Shown: positions 21,053 to 30,085 of the stretch, piece by piece
Numbering within the stretch: position 1 is the first letter of the stretch
How the letters are laid out: each line of letters starts with the position of its first letter
DNA from: Chloroflexota bacterium
GTDB lineage: Bacteria > Chloroflexota > Limnocylindria > Limnocylindrales > CSP1-4
DNA length: 48,095 nucleotides
Direction of reading: 5' to 3'
Assembly: GCA_037446495.1 (NCBI GenBank)
Contig: JBBIIL010000006.1
Coordinates: 33,462-81,556 of the forward strand
Program-made: the position numbers and the translations under genes
Notes under the pieces: model-generated
Databases searched by the model: none
What the model saw: the letters and a program-made list of their open reading frames with translations, nothing else
Told to the model about the DNA's origin: nothing

Positions 21053-22732
21053 ATGATCGACCCGCTGAGCCTGGGCGAAGCCAAGCACCTCGCCGCCACC
21101 GCCGACACGATCCTCCTCCGCGCCACGCGCACGGCGGATCTCGAGACGCCGATCGGCGCCTTCCTGCGGCTCGACGACGGTGTGACGCCGGCGTACCTGC
21201 TCGAGTCCGTCGAGGGCGGCGAGCGCCTCGGCCGGTACTCATTCCTCGGCGTCGGCCCGCGCCGGCTGCTCGAGGTCCGCGACGGCGAGGCCCGGACGAC
21301 CACCCGCGAGGTGGGCATCACCGAGTACGCGCCCGACCTGCCCGTCACCACCACCGCGGTCCCGGACCCGCTCGCCGCCCTGCGCGCCTTCATTCCGCGC
21401 CGCCGCGTCGTGCCGGTCGACGGCATGCCGCGCTTCACCGGCGGCGCCGTTGGCGCCCTGTCATACGACGCCATATCGAGCTTCGAGCCGAGCGTCCCGC
21501 GCCCGGACCGCGACCCGGTCAGCGTCCCGCTCGCGAGCTACATCGAGACCGACCTCGTCATCGTCTTCGACCACCTCACGCATCAGCTCTCGGCGATCGC
21601 GTCGCTGCACACCGAGCCGCCCGACCTCGAGGGACGCTACCGCATCGCCGAGCGGGCGATCCTCGAGGCGCTCGAGCGGACGGCCCGCCCGTCGGCTGCC
21701 GAGATGGCCTCGGCCGTGACCAGGTCCGCGCCAGCCGTGAACGGTCCGAGCGCGCTGGCCGAGGTGGAGACCAGCCTCGGGCGCGACCAGTACATGCGCG
21801 CCGTCGAGCGGGCGAAGGACGCCATTGCCGCGGGCGAGGCGATCCAGGTGGTCCTCGCCCGCCGCCAGAGCTTCGAGCTCCCGGACGGTCCGGACGGACG
21901 GCCCCTCGACGGCATCGGGCTGTACCGCGCCCTCCGTCGCGTGAACCCCTCGCCGTACCTGTTCTTCACCCGCACCCCGGCCTTCGAGGTCGTGGGCGCC
22001 AGCCCCGAGCTCCTGGTCCAGGTCGTGGGCGACAGGATGAGCACGCACCCGATCGCCGGCACCCGCCCGCGCGGCACCACGCCCGCCGACGACGACCGCC
22101 TCGCCGACGAGCTGCGCGGCGACCCGAAGGAGCGCGCGGAGCACGTGATGCTCGTCGATCTCGGGCGCAACGACCTCGGGCGCGTCGCGAAGCCGGGCAC
22201 GGTGAGCACCAGCCAGTACATGGAGGTGGAGCGCTACAGCCACGTCCTGCACCTGGTCAGCCACGTGGAGGCGCGGCTCCGCCCCGAGCTCGACGCCCTT
22301 GATGCCCTGCGGTCCGTGTTCCCCGCCGGCACGCTGTCGGGCGCGCCCAAGATCCGCGCGATGCAGCTCATCGCCGCCGCCGAGGGCGAGCGCCGCGGGC
22401 TGTACGGTGGGGCGGTGGGCTACCTCGGCTATGACGGCAACCTCGACACCGCGATCACCATCCGGAGTGCGGTCCTCAAGGACGGCCTCGCGCATGTGCA
22501 CACCGGTGCCGGCATCGTCGCCAAGAGCGAGCCGGAGCGCGAGTTCGAGGAGACCGAGCACAAGGCGGCTGCGCTGCGGCGGGCGATCGAGCTGGCCGCT
22601 GCGCCCGCTGCACCTCGCCGGAGCGTTAGCGCCGGAGGCGAAGCCGACGACGAAGCCGAACCTGCGTCGCACTTGCGCAGCGCCGACGCCGGTGTTGACG
22701 CGTCGCCCGCCGGGGAGGGGGCCGCCTCGTGA
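21053..22732 (+). CDS. trpE: Anthranilate synthase component I
   Basis: LLESVEGGERLGRYSF and NPSPYLF (Trp feedback site), PIAGTRPRG, EHVMLVDLGRNDLG, PAGTLSGAPK. Confidence 0.96.
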   Translation: MIDPLSLGEAKHLAATADTILLRATRTADLETPIGAFLRLDDGVTPAYLLESVEGGERLGRYSFLGVGPRRLLEVRDGEARTTTREVGITEYAPDLPVTTTAVPDPLAALRAFIPRRRVVPVDGMPRFTGGAVGALSYDAISSFEPSVPRPDRDPVSVPLASYIETDLVIVFDHLTHQLSAIASLHTEPPDLEGRYRIAERAILEALERTARPSAAEMASAVTRSAPAVNGPSALAEVETSLGRDQYMRAVERAKDAIAAGEAIQVVLARRQSFELPDGPDGRPLDGIGLYRALRRVNPSPYLFFTRTPAFEVVGASPELLVQVVGDRMSTHPIAGTRPRGTTPADDDRLADELRGDPKERAEHVMLVDLGRNDLGRVAKPGTVSTSQYMEVERYSHVLHLVSHVEARLRPELDALDALRSVFPAGTLSGAPKIRAMQLIAAAEGERRGLYGGAVGYLGYDGNLDTAITIRSAVLKDGLAHVHTGAGIVAKSEPEREFEETEHKAAALRRAIELAAAPAAPRRSVSAGGEADDEAEPASHLRSADAGVDASPAGEGAAS

Positions 22733-23487
22733 TCCTGATGATCGACAACTACGACTCGTTCACGTTCAACCTGGTGCAGGCGCTCCAGGCCGGGGGCGCG
22801 GACGTGCGCGTGGTTCGCAACGACGCGATCTCCCCGGGCGAGCTCGAAGCGCTGGCCGACGATCCGGCTGCCGACCTGCGCGGGATCGTCGTGTCGCCCG
22901 GGCCCGGCAACCCCGACGAGGCGGGCGTGTCGATGGACGCGATCCGCATCGCCGCCGACCGGCGGATCCCGCTGCTGGGCGTGTGCCTGGGCATGCAGTC
23001 GATGGGCCAGGCGTTCGGCGCGTCCGTCGTCCGGGCACCCACGCTGGTCCACGGCGAGGCGTCCGCGGTGAGCCACGACGGCGCGGGCCTGCTCGCGGGC
23101 ATGCCCGAGGGGTTCGCGGCCGCCCGCTACCACTCGCTGTGCGTGGACCCCGCGACGCTGTCGGCCGAGTTCTTCGTCACCGCCACCAGCCCTGAGGACG
23201 GCGTCGTCATGGGGATCCGCCACCGCACGCTGCCCCTCGAGGGCGTCCAGTTCCACCCCGAATCCGTGCTCACGCCGGACGGGCCGCACCTGCTCGCGAA
23301 CTTCCTCCGGCTCGCTGGCGAGGGCGAGGCAGCGCGCCTCGACGCGGCGGCGGGCTCCTTCGCCACCCGTGGCATGGACGTCCCGGAGGCCGACGGACCG
23401 TCCCCGTCGCCCTCGGCCGAGGTCAGCGTGGCACCGGCCGCCGAGCATGCGGCTTGGGCTACGACGGCGAAGGAGGCCACTCGATGA
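22729..23487 (+). CDS. trpG: Anthranilate synthase component II (glutamine amidotransferase)
   Basis: IDNYDSFTFNL, SPGPG, GVCLG, RYHSL, GVQFHPES; GTGA overlap with trpE. Confidence 0.96.
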   Translation: MILMIDNYDSFTFNLVQALQAGGADVRVVRNDAISPGELEALADDPAADLRGIVVSPGPGNPDEAGVSMDAIRIAADRRIPLLGVCLGMQSMGQAFGASVVRAPTLVHGEASAVSHDGAGLLAGMPEGFAAARYHSLCVDPATLSAEFFVTATSPEDGVVMGIRHRTLPLEGVQFHPESVLTPDGPHLLANFLRLAGEGEAARLDAAAGSFATRGMDVPEADGPSPSPSAEVSVAPAAEHAAWATTAKEATR

Positions 23488-24533
23488 GCGACCAGGTCCG
23501 GGACGCCCTCTCGACGATCGTCGAGGGCGGCACCCTCACCCTTCTGCAGGCGTCGGCCGCCATGGGCGCCGTGATGGACGGGGACGCGACGCCGAGCCAG
23601 CTCGCCGCCCTCCTGATGGGCCTGCGGATGCGCGGCGAGACGGTGGACGAGCTGGCGGGCTTCGCCACCGCGATGCGCGAGCGCGTGCTCCGCGTGACCG
23701 CCCCCGACGGCGCGATCGACGTGGTGGGCACCGGCGGCGACGGGTCGAACACGTTCAACATCTCCACCACGTCCGCCTTGGTCGTGGCCGCGACAGGCGT
23801 GCCGGTGGCCAAGCACGGGAACCGGGCGATCACCTCGAAGTCGGGCTCAGCGGACGTGCTCGATGCGCTGGGCGTGCGGATCGACCACGACGCGGACTCG
23901 GCGACGGCCTCGCTGCGGGCGTTGGGCTTCGCGTTCATGAGCGCGCAGCTGTTCCACCCGGCGATGCGGTACGCGGGGCCGACGCGCCGCGAGATCGGCG
24001 TGCGGACCGCGTTCAACCTGCTGGGCCCGCTCACCAATCCCGCCGGGGCGCGGCGCGCGCTGATCGGCGTTGGCGACCCGATGGCGGCCGCGAAGATCGC
24101 CGAGGTGGCCGCCCGCCTGGGCACAGACCGGACGTTCGTGATCCACGGCGACGGCGTGGACGAGCTCCCGCTGGACGGGTCGGGGGTGCTCTACCACGTG
24201 GGTCCGGAGGGGGTCGAGGCGCAGCACAGGATCGTGGCCGCGCAGTTGGGCCTCACCACGGCGCCGACGAGGCGGCTCCGAGGCGGCACGGCCTCGGAGA
24301 ATGCGACGATCACCGAGGCGGTGCTGCGCGGCGAGCCCGGCGCCCGGCGCGACGTGGTCCTCCTCAACGCCGGCGCCGCGCTCCTCGTCGCGGGTGTCGT
24401 TGACCGGCTGGAGGAGGGGATCGAGCAGGCGGCGTTCACGATCGACGCCGGGCTCGGCACCGAGCTGCTGGAGCGACTGCGCGCCGACCGACGCGCCCAC
24501 GAGGCGGCGACGGCCGCGGAGGCCGAGGCATGA
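23484..24533 (+). CDS. trpD: Anthranilate phosphoribosyltransferase
   Basis: GTGGDGSNTFNIST, KHGNRAITSKSGSADVL, RTAFNLLGPLTNP; AAGGAGG RBS, ATG at 23484. Confidence 0.96.
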   Translation: MSDQVRDALSTIVEGGTLTLLQASAAMGAVMDGDATPSQLAALLMGLRMRGETVDELAGFATAMRERVLRVTAPDGAIDVVGTGGDGSNTFNISTTSALVVAATGVPVAKHGNRAITSKSGSADVLDALGVRIDHDADSATASLRALGFAFMSAQLFHPAMRYAGPTRREIGVRTAFNLLGPLTNPAGARRALIGVGDPMAAAKIAEVAARLGTDRTFVIHGDGVDELPLDGSGVLYHVGPEGVEAQHRIVAAQLGLTTAPTRRLRGGTASENATITEAVLRGEPGARRDVVLLNAGAALLVAGVVDRLEEGIEQAAFTIDAGLGTELLERLRADRRAHEAATAAEAEA

Positions 24534-27391
24534 CCGCGACCGCTCCCCGTCCCGCCGCATCGGCCGCCCGCGGTGGCGTGGTTGCAGAGATCGCCGCACG
24601 TCGCCTCGCCGACGTCACGGCCGAGCTCGACACGCTCGGGCGCGATGGGCTCCGCCGTGCGCTCGGCGCCGCCCCGGCGCCTCGCCTGATCGCCGAGGCG
24701 CTCGCCGCACCAGGGCTCCACCTCATCGCCGAGGTCAAGCGGCGCTCGCCGTCGGTGGGCGACATCGCGGTCGGCGACGACGCCATCGCCCGAGCACGAG
24801 CCTATGCCCAGGGCGGTGCCGCCGCCATCTCCGTCCTGTGCGAACCCCATTGGTTCGGCGGGTCCGTGGCCGACCTCCGCGCCGTCCGCGCCGCCGTGTC
24901 CGTACCGGTGCTCGCCAAGGAGTTCGTCGTCGATCCGCGGCAGCTTCAGCTCCTCCGGGCGGCTGGGGCGGACCTCGTGCTGCTGCTGGCCGTCCTTCAC
25001 TCGCGCACGAAACTCGCGAGGCTGGTGACGCAGGCGCGAGATCTGGGCATGGAGCCGCTCGTCGAGGCGCATGACGCACATGAGCTCGAGGCCGCGCTCG
25101 CGACCGACGCCCGGCTGATCGGCGTGAACAGTCGCGACCTGCGCACGCTCGACGTGGACGCGGAGCGTGCGGTGCGGCTGCGTGAGCTGATCCCCGGCGA
25201 CCGGATCGCCATCGCCGAGAGCGGCGTGCGCGACACCGCGACGATCGCCCGCTGGCGCGCCACCGGGTTCGACGCCGCCCTCGTGGGGGAGGCGCTGATG
25301 CGCTCCCCCGACCCGGCCGCCGCCGCACGTGCGTTCGTCGGCGCGGGCACCGACCCGCGCGACCTGGCCGCCGATGCCCGCGCCCCGATGGTGAAGATCT
25401 GCAGCGTGACCGACGAGGCCGGGATCCTCGCCGCGGTCCGCGCCGGTGCCGACGCGATCGGGCTCAACTTCGCCCCGGGAACGCCCCGGGCGCTGTCGAT
25501 CGACGAGGGGGTCGCGCTCGCGCGCCTCGCCCGCGCCGCCGCCCCCGGCACGCGGATCGTCGTCGTCACCGCGGACCTCCCGGCGGACGAGCTGGCGACC
25601 GTCGTGGCAGGCGTTGACCCCGACGTGGTCCAGCTCAACGGCAGCGAGCCCCCGGCGGCGATCGCCAGTGTGGGTCGTCCCGCCTGGAAGGCCATCCGGG
25701 TCGCCGCGGACGCGAACCCCGACGATGTGGTGGCCGCTGCCGCCGCGTTCCTCGCGGCCGGCGCCGAGCGGATCCTCCTCGACGCGGCCGGCGGCCCGCA
25801 TCCGGGTGGCACCGGGACCCGGGTCGGCCCTGACCTCGCCCGAGCCGTCGCCCGCCAGGTTCCGATCACGCTCGCCGGCGGGCTCGACCCGGCCAACGTG
25901 GCCGAGGCGCTCCTGGCGATCCCCGCAGTGGGCGTGGACGTGGCGTCCGGGACCGAGCTCCCGCGCACCAAGGGCGGGCGCCCGCGCAAGGACCCGGTCC
26001 GCGTGGCGCTGTTCGCCAAGCGCGCCCGCGACGCCCGCCGGCATCGGCCCAACGTCGCCTTCGGCCCCACGCCCGTCCATCCGGGGCTGATCGAGGTGGA
26101 TGGCGCCGGGCGCTGGGGCATGGAGCGCGACTTCGGCGGGCGGTACGTCCCCGAGACCCTGATGGGCGCCCTGCAGCAGCTCGAGTCGGCGTACGACGCG
26201 CTGCGCCACGACCCACGGTTCTGGGCGGAGCTCGACGAGCTGCTCGCCCGCTTCGCCGGCCGGCCGACGCCGCTGTACCGCGCTGACCGGCTGGCGACGG
26301 CGGCGGCCGGAGAGGCGGCGCGCCAACGGGCCGAGGCCATGGCGCACGGGCGCCGGAACCTGCCGGCCATCCCGGAGCGCTTCCGCCTCTACCTCAAGCG
26401 TGAGGACCTCGCGCACACGGGCGCCCACAAGATCAACAACGCGATGGGCCAGGCCCTGCTCACCCGGCGGCTGGGGAAGAGCCGCGTCATCGCCGAGACG
26501 GGCGCCGGCCAGCACGGCGTCGCCACGGCCACCGCCTGCGCGCTCCTCGGGCTGCCGTGCGTGGTGTTCATGGGCGAGGAGGACATCGCCCGCCAGGCGC
26601 CCAACGTGCTCCGCATGCGGGCGCTGGGCGCCGAGGTGCGGAGCGTCACCTCCGGCACGGCAACCCTCAAGGACGCCGTCAACGAGGCGATGCGCGACTG
26701 GGTGACCAACGTGGAGACCACGCACTACGTCCTGGGCTCGGCGATGGGCCCCCATCCGTACCCCACCATCGTCCGCGACTTCCAGCGGCGGATCGGCGAC
26801 GAGGCGGCGGCCCAGCTGCGCGCGGTGGAGGGGCGCCTGCCGGACCTCGCGCTCGCGTGCGTGGGCGGCGGATCGAACGCGATCGGCCTCCTCGCGCGGT
26901 TCATCGGCGAGCCGACGGTGCGGCTGGCGGTGGCCGAGGCGGCAGGCGACGGCATCGAGACCGGTCGCCATGCGGCGGCGATCGCGGGCGGCACGCCGGG
27001 CATCCTCCACGGCAGCCGCTCGCTGATGCTCCAGGACCGCGACGGCCAGATCGTCGAGGCCGTGTCAGCGTCGGCTGGTCTGGACTACCCGGGCGTCGGG
27101 CCGCAGCTGGCCGCCCTGGCCGAAGCGGGTCGCATGGAGGTGGGCACGGCCACCGATCGCGAGGCGATCGCGGCGATGCGGGCCGTGACCCGGATGGAGG
27201 GCATCCTGCCGGCGCTCGAGACGAGCCATGCCGTGGCGGCGCTGCCGAAGCTGCTGGCCGGGCTCGAAGGCTCGGGCCTCCCGTATGCCGAGGACTCGGT
27301 GCTGCTCCTCGGGTTCTCCGGCCGCGGCGACAAGGACATGGCGGCCCTCGAGCGGTTCGCCGACGTGGAGCCGTGGGAGGCAGCGCGATGA
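24530..27391 (+). CDS. trpCFB: Trifunctional fusion: indole-3-glycerol-phosphate synthase, phosphoribosylanthranilate isomerase and tryptophan synthase beta
   Basis: One 953-aa ORF: TrpC (IAEVKRRSPS, ISVLCEP, KEFVVD, GVNSRDL, AESG, LVGEALM), TrpF (VKICSV from ~25388, VQLNG, LLDA, GGTG, LAGGL, GVDVASG), TrpB (FGGRYVPE, KREDLAHTGAHKINN, ETGAGQHG, GGGSNAIG, SGRGDKD). Confidence 0.95.
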   Translation: MTATAPRPAASAARGGVVAEIAARRLADVTAELDTLGRDGLRRALGAAPAPRLIAEALAAPGLHLIAEVKRRSPSVGDIAVGDDAIARARAYAQGGAAAISVLCEPHWFGGSVADLRAVRAAVSVPVLAKEFVVDPRQLQLLRAAGADLVLLLAVLHSRTKLARLVTQARDLGMEPLVEAHDAHELEAALATDARLIGVNSRDLRTLDVDAERAVRLRELIPGDRIAIAESGVRDTATIARWRATGFDAALVGEALMRSPDPAAAARAFVGAGTDPRDLAADARAPMVKICSVTDEAGILAAVRAGADAIGLNFAPGTPRALSIDEGVALARLARAAAPGTRIVVVTADLPADELATVVAGVDPDVVQLNGSEPPAAIASVGRPAWKAIRVAADANPDDVVAAAAAFLAAGAERILLDAAGGPHPGGTGTRVGPDLARAVARQVPITLAGGLDPANVAEALLAIPAVGVDVASGTELPRTKGGRPRKDPVRVALFAKRARDARRHRPNVAFGPTPVHPGLIEVDGAGRWGMERDFGGRYVPETLMGALQQLESAYDALRHDPRFWAELDELLARFAGRPTPLYRADRLATAAAGEAARQRAEAMAHGRRNLPAIPERFRLYLKREDLAHTGAHKINNAMGQALLTRRLGKSRVIAETGAGQHGVATATACALLGLPCVVFMGEEDIARQAPNVLRMRALGAEVRSVTSGTATLKDAVNEAMRDWVTNVETTHYVLGSAMGPHPYPTIVRDFQRRIGDEAAAQLRAVEGRLPDLALACVGGGSNAIGLLARFIGEPTVRLAVAEAAGDGIETGRHAAAIAGGTPGILHGSRSLMLQDRDGQIVEAVSASAGLDYPGVGPQLAALAEAGRMEVGTATDREAIAAMRAVTRMEGILPALETSHAVAALPKLLAGLEGSGLPYAEDSVLLLGFSGRGDKDMAALERFADVEPWEAAR

Positions 27392-28242
27392 CCGGGTCCG
27401 CGGCTGCAGCCGCCGCGCCGCAGCACACCAACACCACCGCTGGGGCGAAGCGGATCGCCGCCGCCTTCGCGGCGGCCAACGCCGAGGGCCGGGCGGCGCT
27501 GATCCCGTACATCGTCGCGGGCTACCCCGACGCGGACGGCTCCTTCGCGGTGGCCTGCGCGGCGATCGACTCCGGCGCGGACTTGCTCGAGGTAGGCCTG
27601 CCATACTCCGACCCGCTCGCCGACGGCGCCACCCTTCAGCGGGCATCGCAGGCCGCCCTCGCCGCAGGGGCGACGTTTGACGCGAGCCTCGCGTTGACCG
27701 CCCGCATCGCGGCGGCCCGGCCCGGCGTGCCCGTGGTGGCGATGGGCTACGCGAACCAGCTGATCGGCGGCGGCGACGGCCGTGACCGGGTCGTCGCCCT
27801 GGCTGCGGCCGGCGTGGCGGGCGTCATCGTGGCCGACCTCACGCCCGACGAGGGCGGCCCATTCGAGGCGGCCGCGACGGAGGCGGGGATCGCGGTGGTG
27901 TACCTCGTCGCGCCCACGACGGCGCCCGACCGCCGCGCGATGGTGGCCGGCCGCTCCGGCGGCTTCCTGTACTGCGTGTCGCTCGTGGGCGTGACGGGGG
28001 CGCGCACCTCGCTCCCGCCCACGGTGACCAGACTTGTCCGCGAGGTCACGGCCATGTCGCCGGTGCCAGTTGCCGTCGGCTTCGGCGTGTCGAAGCCGGC
28101 GCACGTGCGGGCGATCGCCGGGGCCGGCGCGGCGGGCGTCATCGTGGCGTCGGCGCTCGTGGACGCGCTCGGGCCGGACGGCCGCGACGTCGCGGCGCTG
28201 GCCGCCCTTGTCGCGAAGCTGCGGGCGGCGACCGTCCGCTGA
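27388..28242 (+). CDS. trpA: Tryptophan synthase alpha chain
   Basis: ALIPYIVAGYP, LEVGLPYSDPLADG, YCVSLVGVTGAR, VGFGVS; ATGA overlap, GGGAGG RBS. Confidence 0.96.
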   Translation: MTGSAAAAAAPQHTNTTAGAKRIAAAFAAANAEGRAALIPYIVAGYPDADGSFAVACAAIDSGADLLEVGLPYSDPLADGATLQRASQAALAAGATFDASLALTARIAAARPGVPVVAMGYANQLIGGGDGRDRVVALAAAGVAGVIVADLTPDEGGPFEAAATEAGIAVVYLVAPTTAPDRRAMVAGRSGGFLYCVSLVGVTGARTSLPPTVTRLVREVTAMSPVPVAVGFGVSKPAHVRAIAGAGAAGVIVASALVDALGPDGRDVAALAALVAKLRAATVR

Positions 28243-28266
28243 CCGGCGCCAGGCAGGATCGGCGCG

Positions 28267-28419
28267 TGGTGCACGGGGAGCACCAAATCAGTCGTTTCGC
28301 GGGAACAACGGCCCGCGGCGGTGCGCACGGTGCACCAAGCGCGCGCATTGGTGCAGACCACGCACCGATTCCGGTCCCAAGCGGCAGTGGGCGAGGGATT
28401 TGGTGCACACCGCGCACCA
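28267..28419. repeat. 153-bp mirror-symmetric element of four TGGTGC-N7-GCACCA palindromes (REP/REPIN-like)
   Basis: Palindromes start at 28267, 28319, 28349 and 28401; layout arm23-spacer29-arm20-loop9-arm20-spacer29-arm23. Confidence 0.75.
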
Positions 28420-28586
28420 ACGGAGGCGAGAGGCGAGTGCGCCCCAGGGTTTGGGCAGCATCCGGCTCGAACCACGCTGGGCAGCACCCACAGCCGGCCG
28501 GTCTCTCAGCACCCAGCTCATGAGTGGGCCGCAGGCAGGGCGACGTTGCACCGACCGAACGAACCGAGACTCGCCATACTCCCGCC

Positions 28587-29231
28587 ATGGCGAACCTGCG
28601 CGTCCTCGTCGAGACAACTCCCAAGAAGGCGTTCGCGTCCGCGCTCGACTGGCCCGGCCTGTCGCGTGCCGGCAGGGACGAGGCGGCAGCGCTCGAGGCC
28701 CTCGCGGCGGCGGTCCCGCGGTATGCGCCCGTGGCGGCGCTGGCGGGCGAGCGGTTCGACGAGGGGGCGACGGTCGACGTGGTCGAGCATCTCCCGGGTG
28801 ACGCCACGACGGCCTTCGGCGCGCCCTCGATCATCGCAGACGCCGACCGCGCGCCGACCGACGCGTCCGAGGCGGGCCGGCTCGCGCGGCTCGTGGACGC
28901 GGCGTGGCGCACGTTCGACGCTGCGGCCGAGGCCGCTCCGGAAGCGCTGCGCAAAGGCCCGCGGGGCGGTGGTCGGGACCGGTCCAAGATCGTCGGCCAT
29001 GTCAGCGATGCGGATTCGGGCTATGCCGCAGTCCTCGGCCTCAGACACCGCCCGGACAGCCGCCTGGCCGTGGAGGCGATGCGCGCCGATATGCTGGCGG
29101 TCCTGCGCGAGCCCTCCGACGGCGGCGCCGTCGGGGGCCGGAAGTGGCCGCCACGGTACGCAGCCCGCCGCGTCGCGTGGCACGCGCTCGACCACGCCTG
29201 GGAGATCGAGGACCGAACGGAGACCGCCTGA
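28587..29231 (+). CDS. Conserved hypothetical protein with DinB/YfiT-like C-terminal His motifs
   Basis: MANLRVLVETTPKKAFASALDWPG; KIVGHVSDAD and WHALDHAWEIEDR (H...HxxxH); CATACT 6 nt before the ATG. Confidence 0.7.
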   Translation: MANLRVLVETTPKKAFASALDWPGLSRAGRDEAAALEALAAAVPRYAPVAALAGERFDEGATVDVVEHLPGDATTAFGAPSIIADADRAPTDASEAGRLARLVDAAWRTFDAAAEAAPEALRKGPRGGGRDRSKIVGHVSDADSGYAAVLGLRHRPDSRLAVEAMRADMLAVLREPSDGGAVGGRKWPPRYAARRVAWHALDHAWEIEDRTETA

Positions 29232-29233
29232 GA

Positions 29234-29303
29234 CCCGCTCGCCGCGGGCCGTTCGGCCGCCGGTCGCCCTGTGTCGTCCCGCTCGCCGCGGGCCGTTCGG
29301 CCG
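29234..29303. repeat. 26-bp direct repeat x2 (44-bp period)
   Basis: cccgctcgccgcgggccgttcggccg at 29234-29259 and 29278-29303, each with internal dyads. Confidence 0.75.
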
Positions 29304-29383
29304 TGATCCGCTTCGCTGGCCACGCCGGACAATCGTCAGGCGGGCCCGATGCCGGCCTGACGGCACGCAGGAGCTCCCCTTCG

Positions 29384-30085
29384 ATGGCAACCCCGCACCA
29401 ACGTGCGCAGAGATCCAGCGTGACCGATGGCGCCGCACCGGTCGAAGCAGCGCTGCCGCGCCATGACTCCGGCACCGTCACCGACCCGTGGGTGGGCCGC
29501 CTGGCGGCCAGCGAGGGCATGTTCGTCACCGACGACCGCCAGCGCATCGTTGCCTGGTCGAGCGCGGCGCAGCGCCTGCTGGGCTTCTCGCCCGAGGAGG
29601 CCGTCGGTCGGACCTGCTACCAGGTCGTGATGGGCCGTGAGCCTGACGGTCACCCGGTCTGCGGCCGGAACTGCTCGGTCACCCGCAACGCCCGTCGTCT
29701 CCGCGGCACCGCCAGCTACGAGGTGGTCGCCCACGCGCGCGACGGCGGGGCCAAGTGCCTGGCGAACACGGTGCTCGTGATCGAGGGCGCTGAGGGAGCA
29801 TTCCACGTCGTTCACCTGCTGCGCGAGACGCCGGTCGCACTGCCCGTGGCGCGGCGGGCCGATGTGGTGGCGCGCGCCGCGGAGCCGCTGGTCGAGACGC
29901 TGACCCGACGGGAGCTCGAGGTCATCCGCCTCCTGGCCCAGGGCGCCACGATGGACGAGATCGCCGAGTCGCTCACGATCAGCGTCCTGACGGCCCGCAA
30001 CCACACCGCCAACATCGGGCGCAAGCTCGGCGCCCACAGCCGACTCGAGACCGTCCTGCTCGCGATGCGCCACGGGCTGGTCTAG
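29384..30085 (+). CDS. PAS-domain plus LuxR-type HTH one-component transcriptional regulator
   Basis: PAS (GMFVTDDRQRIVAWSSAAQRLLGFSPEEAVGRTC) and LuxR HTH (LTRRELEVIRLLAQG...EIAESLTIS..TARNH...IGRKLG); AGGAG before ATG 29384. Start uncertain. Confidence 0.88.
   Translation: MATPHQRAQRSSVTDGAAPVEAALPRHDSGTVTDPWVGRLAASEGMFVTDDRQRIVAWSSAAQRLLGFSPEEAVGRTCYQVVMGREPDGHPVCGRNCSVTRNARRLRGTASYEVVAHARDGGAKCLANTVLVIEGAEGAFHVVHLLRETPVALPVARRADVVARAAEPLVETLTRRELEVIRLLAQGATMDEIAESLTISVLTARNHTANIGRKLGAHSRLETVLLAMRHGLV

Noticed and set aside
21053-28242. Absence of Trp residues in TrpE, TrpD and TrpA as a novel signal
   Set aside because: Real, but this is the known cognate amino-acid avoidance in biosynthetic enzymes.
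28267-28419. CRISPR array, integron attC site, or NtrC enhancer
   Set aside because: Units alternate in orientation with unequal 52/30/52 spacing and no cas genes are present. There are no RYYYAAC/GTTRRRY ends. The central TGCACCAA-N9-TTGGTGCA is wider than an NtrC site and no sigma54 -24/-12 motif is evident.
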